A DNA stretch of 64,000 nucleotides from contig NZ_CP009687.1 in NCBI RefSeq assembly GCF_001042715.1, positions 733,418 through 797,417 on the forward strand, read 5' to 3'. The notes under the pieces were generated by a model. The model saw only the letters and a list, made by a program, of their open reading frames with translations, searched no databases and was not told where the DNA came from. This DNA is from Clostridium aceticum (lineage in GTDB: Bacteria > Bacillota > Clostridia > Peptostreptococcales > Natronincolaceae). The position numbers and the translations under genes are program-made. Of the stretch, positions 27,393-37,563 are shown piece after piece (the first letter of the stretch is position 1; each line of letters starts with the position of its first letter).

Positions 27393-28078
27393 ATATAATA
27401 ATATTTTGGCAATAGGTATAATTTTCAATTTTCTTACTTAGTTCCATATCAAAAATTTGTAGCAGCAGGCTGCTTTCTTCACAGATTTTAGTCTGCTTTA
27501 CTTCGTTTATTTTTCTTTTTAGATCTTGTATCTCTTTTATTTCTCTTAAGACTTCCTTTTCTAGGTTATTTTGTACTAAACTCAGCACCATTCCAATTCC
27601 CCCTCATACGAATTAAAAAGAAATTATTTATAAGCTAAATATAGTACCCAAGTACTATATTTTTACATTATACCTCTTTTTTTGACAAATTTGTACATTT
27701 TTTTTCAAAATTCTTCTATAATTAAGTAGAAATATTCCCATTATCGTATTTTAAAATTGAAACTTTTTCAATAAAATATAGCCTATGAGGTTGGAAAAAC
27801 AGCAACTTTCTTGAAGAAAGTACCAATTCATGATATGATTTTAGATAATAGCAAACTAGTTGAAAGGCAAGGATACAAAGCAATGAGACTAAGGGAAAAC
27901 ACTTTTCTATGATTGCCAGGCTGCTAAACAGGTTATAGTATTGTAACCGTTTATTGGGACCTAAGAGAAAGTTTTTTTGCTTTCATGAAGAATATTTTTG
28001 ATAAAGAATATAAGCAACTTTAAAAATAGATACACTGATTTAGATAGAGTAAATTCACAAACAAGGTAGGTTTTATTA

Positions 28079-29428
28079 ATGGGCAGCAGCTATATTCATG
28101 AATTTGATATCCACGAAATGTTTAGCAGCACTGATATGCAAAAAATTTTTATTGGTGCTTCTAAGAAAAATGCGGAGGAGTTTGTTGTAATCAATATTGT
28201 AAATGATGAAAGATTTTTACAGGAAGAGACAAAGAAACAACTTCAGTGCTTAGATAACTTGATTTACTTTGAAGACCTAGATGAAGCAATTGTTCTTGTT
28301 ACTAGATTTAATAAGGCAATATATTTAACAGAATATATGGATCAAAATGTAGTCAGCATAAAAGAACGTTTAGACTTAGCTTATCAATATCTAAAAAAAA
28401 TAGCCATGTACGAGGACCTTCCAAATGATATTAAAGGAATGTTAATAGAAGAGGCTCAGGTCATTATAAAAGACGGAAATATAGCATTGAATGATTTGTT
28501 GATTATAGGTAAGAACTCAATAAGTAGAGAAGATAATTTTCAAAGAGTAAGTAAGCTTGTGGGCAGTGTCCTTAATACAATTATCTTTTCAAATACCTCA
28601 TCAAATAATAAACAGTCTCAAGACTTAAGCAAAGTATTAGAACTTATAAATAGTTTACAATATGCTACACATCAATATGAAAGTTTAAGTGGAATATTAA
28701 AGGCCTTTAACCAGTTGGATAATACTAGCACAAATCATAAAGAGGATGAAGAAGCAGAAGAACTTCCCCAACAAGATCATAAATATGCTGGAAGATCACG
28801 AAAAGAAAAACAAGGATATACGCTTAAAAAGGTAAGTGTGGGTATCTTGTTGGCTGGACTAATTATTGTGGTATTAGTACTGGTAGGAGGCGATAAGTTT
28901 ACATCCGTTGATAATAAAGTAGAAATATATTATGATTCGGAAGACAGTGATGACAATACTGTGGATCATGGAGATGAAGGCAATAGTGAAGGTCAGAATC
29001 CTTTTGCTGAGGGCAGTCATAGTTCAGAGAGGCTTGAAGAATATAAAATATCCAATTTAAATCCCGACTTTATTAAAGTGGATAAAAGTATATTTCGAAG
29101 TGGAGAATATTCTTTGAAATTTATAAACAGCACATATGATGTATCTAAGAGCATTTACTTGAATCATGTAAATCTATATAAAAACACTACTTTTTCTTTG
29201 TGGATTATGGCAGATACTTTAGAAGAAATCAGACTGAACTTTAAAGGCTATAATAACAGTCATTTAATATCTGAGAAGTTTATTTATCATAGACCTAAGG
29301 TAGCAGGAGTATGGGAAATGATTTACTTCGATGTGCCTGATGGAGAATACAATAAAATAAAATTGACGTTGTTTAATACAGATGCTACAGTTTGGATTGA
29401 TGATATAAAAATTAATTCTTATAAATAA
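28079..29428 (+). CDS. Single-pass membrane protein: ~245-aa cytoplasmic domain of unknown function, TM helix, acidic linker, C-terminal beta-sandwich (CBM/lectin-like) extracellular domain
   Basis: 449 aa. TM VSVGILLAGLIIVVLVLVGG. C-terminal ~150 aa (KVDKSIFRSGEYSLKFIN...VWIDDIKINSYK) resembles CBM_4_9-type carbohydrate-binding modules. Preceded by a ~480-nt untranslated leader. Confidence 0.5.
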   Translation: MGSSYIHEFDIHEMFSSTDMQKIFIGASKKNAEEFVVINIVNDERFLQEETKKQLQCLDNLIYFEDLDEAIVLVTRFNKAIYLTEYMDQNVVSIKERLDLAYQYLKKIAMYEDLPNDIKGMLIEEAQVIIKDGNIALNDLLIIGKNSISREDNFQRVSKLVGSVLNTIIFSNTSSNNKQSQDLSKVLELINSLQYATHQYESLSGILKAFNQLDNTSTNHKEDEEAEELPQQDHKYAGRSRKEKQGYTLKKVSVGILLAGLIIVVLVLVGGDKFTSVDNKVEIYYDSEDSDDNTVDHGDEGNSEGQNPFAEGSHSSERLEEYKISNLNPDFIKVDKSIFRSGEYSLKFINSTYDVSKSIYLNHVNLYKNTTFSLWIMADTLEEIRLNFKGYNNSHLISEKFIYHRPKVAGVWEMIYFDVPDGEYNKIKLTLFNTDATVWIDDIKINSYK

Positions 29429-29599
29429 ACATATATCAGTACACTGTAAGAACAAAAACATAATGCATAATAAATAAAAGGAAAGAATTTGTAAAAAGTT
29501 TACATCAAACTACAGGACACTTCTAAAAAAGACTTGACAAGGAATGGTTTTCTTATTATTATATTAATAATATACTTAATATGTAGCAAAACGTTGAGT

Positions 29600-29865
29600 A
29601 AGAGGAGTAATTATGCTAGAAGATCACAGAGAGCCGGCGTTGGTGGGAGTCCGGCATTGGAAAGCGTAGTGAATGGGCTTATGAGTGGGAACTGAAGGAT
29701 TTAGTAGGTGACCCGGGTTTCTCCCGTTATAGAGATAGGATATCGGCTATGATACCTGTATCTGAAAAAGTGGGTTTAATTTATGACCAATTGAGGTGGC
29801 ACCGCGATGATTCGTCCTCTATACATTCTAAAGAATGTATAGAGGACTTTTTATTTGCAATGCTT
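29600..29865 (+). promoter_or_regulatory. T-box riboswitch leader (probable Trp specifier) with terminator/antiterminator, controlling trpB
   Basis: AGAGAG box near 29616. Conserved T-box sequence CAATTGAGGTGGCACCGCGATG at ~29789-29810. Terminator hairpin CCTCTATACATTCTAAAGAATGTATAGAGG + CTTTTTATTT at 29818-29862, overlapping the T-box to allow antitermination. UGGG present in the candidate specifier region. Confidence 0.85.
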
Positions 29866-29912
29866 TCTATAAGAATAAATACTTTGTGAAAAATAAGAGG
29901 AGGATATTTAAC

Positions 29913-31094
29913 ATGGAAAAGATGAATGGATATTTTGGTGAATTTGGTGGGGCATTTGTTCCTGAAGCATTAAAAAATGTTTTATCAGAGGTAGCAGAAA
30001 AATTTTATCAATATATTGAAGATCCAGAATTTCTACAGGAATTACAATATTATCAAAAACAGTATATAGGTAGAGAAAACCCTCTCTACTATGCTGAAGG
30101 ATTAACCCAGAAGGTGGGAGGCGCTAAAATATATCTAAAGCGTGAAGATCTAAACCACACAGGGGCACACAAAATTAATAATGCCATCGGACAGGCATTA
30201 TTAGCAAAAAAAATGAATAAGAAAAGAATTATCGCAGAAACAGGAGCTGGGCAGCATGGTGTGGCAACAGCTACAGTATGTGCTTTGATGGGATTGGATT
30301 GTACTATATATATGGGGGAAATTGATACAAAAAGACAAGAGTTAAATGTCTTTAGAATGGAGATGTTAGGTGCAAAAGTTGTGCCAGTAACCAGTGGCAC
30401 AGCTACTTTAAAAGATGCTGTTGATGCAGCTTTAGAAGATTTTGTCACTAACGCTGACGATACTTTCTATTTATTGGGATCAGCGGTAGGCCCTCATCCT
30501 TATCCTACTATGGTGCGGGAATTTCAAAGTATTATTGGTATAGAAGCCAGAAGACAAATACTGGAGGCAGAGGGAAAACTTCCAGATTATTTAGTGGCTT
30601 GTGTCGGGGGAGGCAGTAATGCTATCGGTTTATTTCATCCATTTGTAAAAGATGAAGAAGTAAAAATCATTGGTGTAGAACCTGCTGGGAAAGGGTTAGA
30701 GACAGAAGAACATGCTGCTTCCATTTCGAAAGGAACAGTTGGTGTCATTCACGGGTTTAAGTGCTATACGCTGCAGGACGAAAATGGCGAACCTCTGCCA
30801 GTACATTCTATAGCGGCAGGTTTAGACTACCCAGGTGTGGGACCGGAGCATAGTTACTACAAGTCAATAGGTAGAGGAGAATATGTAGCTGTTACAGATG
30901 ATGAAGCATTGGAAGCTTTTTTTCTACTATCTAAAACAGAAGGAATCATTCCAGCTATTGAAAGTGCTCACGCCATTGCTTATACAGTTAAGTTGGCAGA
31001 GACATTAGCACCTAATAAAATTATCATTGTCAATTTATCTGGTAGGGGAGACAAGGATGTTAAGCAGGTAAAAGAAATGATAGAAAAGAAGTAA
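29913..31094 (+). CDS. trpB: Tryptophan synthase beta subunit (stand-alone)
   Basis: N-terminus [21 protein letters not shown]-lysine region [11 protein letters not shown], and GGGSNAIG. The start is chosen after the T-box terminator with RBS AAGAGGAGG. The track's 29835 start lies inside the leader. No trpA or other trp genes are adjacent. Confidence 0.9.
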   Translation: MEKMNGYFGEFGGAFVPEALKNVLSEVAEKFYQYIEDPEFLQELQYYQKQYIGRENPLYYAEGLTQKVGGAKIYLKREDLNHTGAHKINNAIGQALLAKKMNKKRIIAETGAGQHGVATATVCALMGLDCTIYMGEIDTKRQELNVFRMEMLGAKVVPVTSGTATLKDAVDAALEDFVTNADDTFYLLGSAVGPHPYPTMVREFQSIIGIEARRQILEAEGKLPDYLVACVGGGSNAIGLFHPFVKDEEVKIIGVEPAGKGLETEEHAASISKGTVGVIHGFKCYTLQDENGEPLPVHSIAAGLDYPGVGPEHSYYKSIGRGEYVAVTDDEALEAFFLLSKTEGIIPAIESAHAIAYTVKLAETLAPNKIIIVNLSGRGDKDVKQVKEMIEKK

Positions 31095-31184
31095 GTTTTT
31101 TCGATCAGAGCCATTGAAAAGCCTACCTACGCTAATACTTATTAACTCTAAAAGAAAGAAATTAGATAAAGCTAAATAATACGA

Positions 31185-31225
31185 AAGAACCCCAAGAGTA
31201 GCCTATTATTGGGGTTCTTCTGTAT
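31185..31225. terminator. Bidirectional terminator between trpB and the convergent flotillin operon
   Basis: GAACCCCAAGAGTAGCCTATTATTGGGGTTC flanked by A/T runs on both sides. Confidence 0.6.
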
Positions 31226-31271
31226 TATCTCATCAACTTAAATTAACTTTAATAATTTATAACCATAAATC

Positions 31272-32729
31272 CTAACTTTCAGCTTCCTGGGGTTTTAAGT
31301 CCTCTTCTTCAATATCTACATAGTCCTCTTCTTTATGATCTTTGGAAAGAGATACTGACTGAGGGGTACTCTGTTTTTTAAGTAGATACTCTGGCAGCTG
31401 AAGTCCTGCGCTGTTGAATACATCTTGAAGTGGTGGAAGAGATTGCATCATACCAGATAAAAAGTTTGCCGTAGCTGTTTTTCCCCCTTCTTTTCCTCCA
31501 GTATTATCCCATACAGTAACCTTATCGATGTTGATTCCTTTGATAGCTTCTACCTGAATTTTGATTAATTCTGGCAGTTTATCTACAATCATCAATGTTA
31601 CTGCTTTTTCAGCGTCTCCTCCCGCAGCTTCTACGATTTTACTAAAACCTTCTGCTTGTTTTACAAGCATTTCCTTGGTACCTCTAGCTTCTGCATCCAT
31701 TTTGGCAAAGATAGCATCAGCTTCCCCTCTAGCTTTTCTTCTAAATTCCTCTGCTTGAGCCTCTGCTTCAATTTCAAGCTTTTGTTTTTCAATTTCGGCA
31801 CGAACAATAACATCTGCTTCTTTCGTGGCCTTTTCTCTTTTTGCCCTGGCTTTTTCAGCCTCTTCCTCAGCAAAATAGGCTTCTTCCAAAGCTTTTGCAG
31901 CTTGAATCTTTTCAGCAGCTGTAGCTTTTCTTTCCGCCTCTGCTGCTTTCTCTCTTCTTTCTGCCTCGGAGTTTGCAACGGTGATCTTAGACCTATTTTC
32001 ACCCTCTACTGCAGTAGCATTGGCTTCCGCAACCTGTACCCTTTGATCCCTGTGGGCTTTAGCTTCACCAATGGCACCATCTCTATCTTTTTCTGCAACA
32101 CTTTTTTTGGCATCATTGACAGCTTTTGCGGCAGCTTCTTTACCTAAAGCATCTATATAGCCTGATTCATCATTAATATCCGTTACGTTTACATTAATCA
32201 GTCTTAAACCGATTTTCTTTAATTCGGTTTCAACATTACTAGATACCGCCTCTAGAAACTTATCTCTGTCGGTATTGATTTCTTCGATATCCATTGTAGC
32301 GATTACTAGTCTCAACTGACCAAATATAATATCTTTGGCTAGTTCTTGTATTTCCGCCAGCTTTAATCCTAGTAACCTTTCTGCTGCATTCTGCATCACT
32401 CCTGGTTCAGTGGAAACACCAACGGTAAATCTTGAAGGAACATCTACCCTAATATTTTGCTTACTAAGAGCCTTTTGAAGATTTACTTCTATGGATATTG
32501 GTGTAAGGTCTAAAAATTCATAGTGTTGAATGACTGGCCATATAAAAGCAGCTCCCCCATGAATACACTTTGAAGAATTGTTGCCTGCCTCTCCTTTCCC
32601 AACTTTACCATACACAACTAAAACTTTGTCCGATGGACATTTTTTATATCTAGCAAAAAGTGCTGCGATGGTACCAAAAATAATAACAACAATAACGGTT
32701 ACAAGTATCACACCATAAGCCTGACCCAT
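31272..32729 (-). CDS. floT: Flotillin-like SPFH/band-7 protein (FloT/YqiK family)
   Basis: 485 aa. It has an N-terminal TM, SPFH domain, and a long Ala/Glu-rich coiled-coil (EA repeats) typical of flotillins. The low-complexity EA-repeat region explains the spurious overlapping ORFs in the track. Confidence 0.85.
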   Translation of the reverse strand: MGQAYGVILVTVIVVIIFGTIAALFARYKKCPSDKVLVVYGKVGKGEAGNNSSKCIHGGAAFIWPVIQHYEFLDLTPISIEVNLQKALSKQNIRVDVPSRFTVGVSTEPGVMQNAAERLLGLKLAEIQELAKDIIFGQLRLVIATMDIEEINTDRDKFLEAVSSNVETELKKIGLRLINVNVTDINDESGYIDALGKEAAAKAVNDAKKSVAEKDRDGAIGEAKAHRDQRVQVAEANATAVEGENRSKITVANSEAERREKAAEAERKATAAEKIQAAKALEEAYFAEEEAEKARAKREKATKEADVIVRAEIEKQKLEIEAEAQAEEFRRKARGEADAIFAKMDAEARGTKEMLVKQAEGFSKIVEAAGGDAEKAVTLMIVDKLPELIKIQVEAIKGINIDKVTVWDNTGGKEGGKTATANFLSGMMQSLPPLQDVFNSAGLQLPEYLLKKQSTPQSVSLSKDHKEEDYVDIEEEDLKPQEAES

Positions 32730-33329
32730 TTATTCATCCCCCCTAGTTATTTTTTCAACTAATAAAATGCTATTGCTTAATACATCCTTCACTTGAACAA
32801 CAGTACCTGTAGGAATAGCCTCTTCTTCATCTGTCATAGCATCCAATTCCCTAAAAGTATCTTGTAAGGTAATACTTACCTTACCTGTACCATTCCTTTT
32901 TGCAGGAATACGTATATATACTTGACAAGTAGCTCCTTTAGCGTATTCTATTTGCATATTACCATTGTGAGTTAGTTTCATTGTGAAGTAAAAAAGGACT
33001 GATACAATAAGCATTACTATAATGCCAAGTATAGTAGAGAGCAGTAAAGTGGAAAATGTACCCATTCCTGCATTTGAAAAAGTGATTCCTGACCAACCAA
33101 AGACAGTAAAAAAAGTAATAAAGTTTCTAATGGTGAATAAATTTAGCGATGATTCAAACTCTAGATCGCTGTCTAAATCTAATCCCTCTTCAACACCCTC
33201 TATGCCATCTCCATCACCGAGACCTAAAAAGGTAGCTACTAACTGTATAATAAATAAGACTGTAAAGGGAATAGCTAAATACCAATAAATCTGCTCCAAA
33301 ACAAGTACTTCTGAAAGCCAAGCTATCAA
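32730..33329 (-). CDS. NfeD-like membrane protein (YuaF/YqiJ family) partner of flotillin
   Basis: 199 aa. N-terminal TM helices plus C-terminal OB-fold-like domain. Stop abuts the floT start, the conserved nfeD-floT operon. Confidence 0.75.
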   Translation of the reverse strand: MIAWLSEVLVLEQIYWYLAIPFTVLFIIQLVATFLGLGDGDGIEGVEEGLDLDSDLEFESSLNLFTIRNFITFFTVFGWSGITFSNAGMGTFSTLLLSTILGIIVMLIVSVLFYFTMKLTHNGNMQIEYAKGATCQVYIRIPAKRNGTGKVSITLQDTFRELDAMTDEEEAIPTGTVVQVKDVLSNSILLVEKITRGDE

Positions 33330-33805
33330 CTAGTTTACCCCCTTTCTTAAATATTTCCTACCTAACCAACTTCGACACTTCTTCCTAAAAACCTTTTAAA
33401 ATGAACATATTTCTCTCTGAATTTCTTGATTGAGTAGAATATCGGAGGATGTAGAAAAAAGATTCAATTTGTCTAAGAAGTGCTTTTACTATAACTCGTG
33501 TATTTTTCAGTGCTAGTCATAAAAAGTACAATGAAGAAAGTTCTTTAAGCATACTTATATTTTTATGCAACTAAGTAGAAATAGTTGCATAATGTAAGGC
33601 AAAAATTCGAAATTACAGGCGTATATCTATTGATGATAATATACTAAAAGCTCAACCATAGAAATTGCAAAGTATAAAAGTAAATCCTTATAAGCTACAG
33701 GATGATTTTCAATCCTATGGAGATATTATTTCACAGAGGGAATTTTAATCTAATGTAGAATAAGTAATAGAGAAAAAATATTAAGTAGTACTGAAGGAGG
33801 GTAAA

Positions 33806-34453
33806 ATGAAAGTGATTGACTTATCCCATACAATGCACCCAGAAATGCCAGTTTTTCCTGGTACAGAACCTCCTGTTTTTCAGCAGGCAAACACGCTAGA
33901 GAAGGATGGCTTTGCAGAAGTAAAGATGACTCTGTATTCCCATACAGGTACCCACATGGATGCCCCAGCTCATATGGAAAAAAATGGACTTACCTTAGAT
34001 CAATACAATATAGATTATTTTATAGGTAAAGCTCTGATTATTGATTTTGCAAATACCAATATTGCTGAGGTGGATGTAAAGGATTTAGAAGTCTACGAAA
34101 ATAAAATATTAAGAAGCAATTTTCTTATTTTAAAAACTGGATGGAGTAAATATTGGGGAAGCGAGAACTACTTTCACGGTTTTCCTGTATTGACAGAAAA
34201 GGCTACAAAATGGCTTACAACTCTTGATTTAAGGGGAATAGGTATAGATGCTATTTCAGTAGACCATATTGAATCTACAACTTTTCCTGTGCATCATATC
34301 TTGTTTGAAAAAAACATGGTAATTATAGAAAATATAACGAATTTAGATGCTGTCTATAAAGAAGAGTTTGTTTTTTCCTGTATGCCATTAAAAACTAAAG
34401 ACGCTGATGGTTCTCCAGTTAGGGCAATAGCAATAGAGTATGAGAGTATATAA
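33806..34453 (+). CDS. Cyclase-family protein (kynurenine formamidase / arylformamidase-like, PF04199)
   Basis: 215 aa. HxGTHxDxPxH motif (HTGTHMDAPAHM). Confidence 0.8.
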   Translation: MKVIDLSHTMHPEMPVFPGTEPPVFQQANTLEKDGFAEVKMTLYSHTGTHMDAPAHMEKNGLTLDQYNIDYFIGKALIIDFANTNIAEVDVKDLEVYENKILRSNFLILKTGWSKYWGSENYFHGFPVLTEKATKWLTTLDLRGIGIDAISVDHIESTTFPVHHILFEKNMVIIENITNLDAVYKEEFVFSCMPLKTKDADGSPVRAIAIEYESI

Positions 34454-34557
34454 ATTTTACAATTTCCCATAATTCTTTGATACTGATGCCATATTTTTTC
34501 TCCATACTATTGATGGAGAGGTATTTAAGTAAAAAATCAATGGGAAGGAGAATTTTT

Positions 34558-35214
34558 ATGGATTGGAAAAAGAAAATTATACCTGCGACACTGGCTGTAG
34601 CACTTTTAGTACCAGTAGGAGTCTTTGCAAACAATAATGCAGATGCTGAGGAAAACTTAAAGGATATGGATAAGTCTCCAATAGCTATTACTAAATCCAT
34701 AGGATTTAGGGGAGAGGGATCAGGTAAAAACCTAGAACTTACAGAGGAAATTAAAGAGAAGTGTCAGGAACTTAAAGAGAAGTTCGAAAAAGGAGAAATT
34801 ACAAAAGAAGAATTTCTAAAAGAGATGAAGGAAGCAATGCCAGAAGGACGTAGGTTTAGAGAAAAAGCCTTCGTCAAGCAAGAGGAACTTCCAGAAGAAA
34901 TAAAAATAAAACTGCAAGAACTTAGAGAGAAGCTACAAGATGACGAAATTACGAAAGAAGTATTTCAAGAAAAAATGAAGGAAATACTACCAGAAGGATT
35001 TCAGTTTAGAGTAAGAGGTTTTGATGGTCAAAAGGAGCTGTCTGAAGAGGTAAAGGCAAAACTACAAGAATTTAGGGATAAGCTGGAAAGTGGCGAAATT
35101 ACTAAAGAAGAACTTCATGAGGAAATGAAGGCTGTGATGCCGGAAAGACTTCAGCTTAGGGAAAGAAAATTTGGTAATGAAGAAGCAAGACAGTTAAAGG
35201 TAGAGAATCTTTAA
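34558..35214 (+). CDS. Secreted protein with signal peptide and three tandem ~50-aa SHOCT-like repeats
   Basis: Start chosen at ATG 34558 after RBS GGAAGGAG. The signal peptide KKIIPATLAVALLVPVGVFA is followed by 3 repeats of L.EEIK.K.QEL+EK...GEITKEEF..EMK...PEG..FR. Confidence 0.5.
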   Translation: MDWKKKIIPATLAVALLVPVGVFANNNADAEENLKDMDKSPIAITKSIGFRGEGSGKNLELTEEIKEKCQELKEKFEKGEITKEEFLKEMKEAMPEGRRFREKAFVKQEELPEEIKIKLQELREKLQDDEITKEVFQEKMKEILPEGFQFRVRGFDGQKELSEEVKAKLQEFRDKLESGEITKEELHEEMKAVMPERLQLRERKFGNEEARQLKVENL

Positions 35215-35328
35215 TTTTAGAGAATAAAGTAGTAACGAACTACCTCTCTGCAAGGATGAAAATATAGTTAAGAAGACGTGTTAAGGCACGTCTTTTTTGG
35301 CATAATTTAAAATAAGGAGGTGTAGGAT

Positions 35329-35991
35329 TTGTCATTTCAAATCTATTTAGTAGAGGATGATCATAATTTAAATTTAGTTTTAACCTCTTACCTACAGAAG
35401 GAAGGCTGGAGGGTTTCTTCTTTTTCAACAGGAGAGGCAGCAAGACAAGCCATTGAACAGCCGCCGGATCTGTGGGTATTAGATATTATGCTTCCTGATA
35501 TAGATGGTTATCAACTTATCCGAGAAATTAAGGCGAAAAATCTTCAAACACCTGTTATTTTTATCTCTGCAAGAGATGCTGATATAGATCGGGTAGTAGG
35601 TTTAGAGTTGGGAAGTGACGACTATTTACCTAAACCATTTCTTCCAAGGGAGCTAGTGATTCGCACCCGCAAATTGTTGGAACGGATACACTCTAGTAGC
35701 ACATCAGTTCAAATAATTCCTCCTTATAACATTGATGAAGCAAGCAGAAGTGCTAAATTAGGGGATACGATGATTGACTTAACTTCCAAGGAGTTTGACC
35801 TTCTCATTCTTTTTATAAAAAATCAGGGACTGGCTTTTTCCAGGGAACAGATTCTTATAAATATTTGGGGAGATAATTATTTTGGAAGTGATCGTGTAGT
35901 AGATGATCTTATTAGACGGCTGAGAAAAAAGATGCCATCTTTGAGTATAGAAACCATGTACGGTTATGGATATAGGATGGTTAAATCATGA
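35329..35991 (+). CDS. OmpR-family response regulator (TTG start)
   Basis: 220 aa. Receiver (IYLVEDD...VLDIMLPDIDGYQLIREIK) plus winged helix. RBS AAGGAGG. Confidence 0.9.
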   Translation: MSFQIYLVEDDHNLNLVLTSYLQKEGWRVSSFSTGEAARQAIEQPPDLWVLDIMLPDIDGYQLIREIKAKNLQTPVIFISARDADIDRVVGLELGSDDYLPKPFLPRELVIRTRKLLERIHSSSTSVQIIPPYNIDEASRSAKLGDTMIDLTSKEFDLLILFIKNQGLAFSREQILINIWGDNYFGSDRVVDDLIRRLRKKMPSLSIETMYGYGYRMVKS

Positions 35992-37358
35992 AGAATCTAC
36001 CCTTATCTTTGCAAATTTGGCTGGTTTTTGCGGGCATTATGCTGGCCATCTGTATTTTATTAACGGCTTTATTCCCATGGACATTGAGGGACTTTTTCAC
36101 AAAAGAAGTATATGCAACCATTGAAAGTGCTCAAAACATGACGTTAAATCGTCTCAATAGAGAAGCTCCTTCTCAAGATTGGGAAGCTGATTTTTTGCCC
36201 AGAGAAAGACAACATTCGCTACAAGATATACGTACCGTGAATCATTTTATTATATTAAATGAAAACCAAGATATTATTGTTCCAAGGCTTCCAATGAAAT
36301 TTATAAATAAAGTAAGGCTAGAGGCAAAGAATCAAGGAGCAGAACGGCAGCGCTATAGTGGAGAAATTGATGATAGGAAAGTCTTTTATGTAATAAGTAG
36401 AGGAGAATTGCTGGGCCATGAGTTTTTTCTTGTGTCTTACATGTGGGATGCTTATCGTGAGGACTTGGTACAGACGCTATTTACAAGATTGATATTGATT
36501 ATGAGTTTGGTATTTTTGCTTAGTTGGATACCTTCTCTTTGGCTTGCAAGATACTTATCTAACCCTCTAGTAATCTTAGAAAAGCGGGTTAAGAAGCTGA
36601 CAAATCGTGACTGGTATGAAACCATTCAGCTGCAGAGACAGGATGAGATTGGTAGATTAGGGCAATCCATAGAACAGTTAAGGAATCAATTAGTTCGCCA
36701 AGATGAGGCACAACAGTCTTTTTTACAACACACATCCCATGAATTAAAGACACCAGTAATGATTATACGCAGTTATGTTCAGGCAATTGGAGATGGGATT
36801 TATCCTAAAGGGGATTTAACAAATAGCCTGCAAGTCATTGAAGAGGAAGGCGAAAGGTTGGAAAAACGAATTCATAGTCTCCTTTATCTAACAAAGCTTG
36901 ATTATTTAACTACCCATAAACCCTCTTGGGGAAGGATGGATATGTACCAATTAATCATGGATGTTGTAGAAAGATTTCGATGGAAACAAAGACAATTGGA
37001 TTGGTCTATGGATTTATCACCTATACAAGTTGAGGGAGATCTTGAACAATGGCGTGTGGTACTAGAAAATTTATTGGATAATCAAATACGGTATGCTAGG
37101 CATCAAATACGTATCTCTCTGAGCAAATCAGAGGAAAATGAAGAAAAGATGGCTCTTCTTTGTATTTGGAATGATGGACCCAATATTGAAGGTGATACAT
37201 TAGATATTCTTTTTAACAAATTCCATAAAGGAAACAAGGGAGAATTTGGGCTTGGTTTAGCCATTAGTCACCGTATTGTTTCTCTGCATGGTGGAAGAAT
37301 TTGGGCAAAAAATGAAGAAAAAGGGGTATCCTTTTATGTAGAAATTCCTTTTGTGTAG
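35988..37358 (+). CDS. Sensor histidine kinase with ~150-aa extracytoplasmic sensor domain between two TM helices
   Basis: 456 aa. H-box TSHELKTPVMIIRSY. HATPase N/G boxes (LLDNQIRYA, GLGLAISHRIV). 4-nt overlap with the RR gene. Confidence 0.9.
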   Translation: MKNLPLSLQIWLVFAGIMLAICILLTALFPWTLRDFFTKEVYATIESAQNMTLNRLNREAPSQDWEADFLPRERQHSLQDIRTVNHFIILNENQDIIVPRLPMKFINKVRLEAKNQGAERQRYSGEIDDRKVFYVISRGELLGHEFFLVSYMWDAYREDLVQTLFTRLILIMSLVFLLSWIPSLWLARYLSNPLVILEKRVKKLTNRDWYETIQLQRQDEIGRLGQSIEQLRNQLVRQDEAQQSFLQHTSHELKTPVMIIRSYVQAIGDGIYPKGDLTNSLQVIEEEGERLEKRIHSLLYLTKLDYLTTHKPSWGRMDMYQLIMDVVERFRWKQRQLDWSMDLSPIQVEGDLEQWRVVLENLLDNQIRYARHQIRISLSKSEENEEKMALLCIWNDGPNIEGDTLDILFNKFHKGNKGEFGLGLAISHRIVSLHGGRIWAKNEEKGVSFYVEIPFV

Positions 37359-37419
37359 GCTTTGTTAAATACTACTGTTGATTTTTGGTTAGATAATTGA
37401 TAGTAACAACTGATGGAGG

Positions 37420-37500
37420 CTTTGTCATCCTGAAGGAGTTGAAGGATATTGATTGATAGCGCTGATTATAGGATCCTTCGCTATTGCTCAGGATGACACT
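37420..37500. repeat. Family-1 repeat copy (palindromic pair of cores)
   Basis: TTTGTCATCCTGAAGGAGTTGAAGGATAT ... ATAGGATCCTTCGCTATTGCTCAGGATGACACT. Confidence 0.65.
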
Positions 37501-37563
37501 GACTGCAACCCTCAGAACTTTTTCAATAGCAACATCTATCTTTAATAGAATAGAGCTTAATTT

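Noticed and set aside
27388-27591. 67-aa minus-strand ORF (coiled-coil-like, faint Spo0E-like flavour)
   Set aside because: It lacks the SQxLDxLI signature and a convincing RBS, and it lies inside MITE-rich intergenic DNA. Coding status is unsupported.
31561-32147. ORFs 31561-31758, 31656-32147 (+) and 31661-32002 (-) inside floT
   Set aside because: They are generated by the low-complexity Ala/Glu/Lys coiled-coil coding repeats of the flotillin gene. The translations are homopolymer-like (K/R/Q-rich or F/S/L-rich) and not genuine genes.
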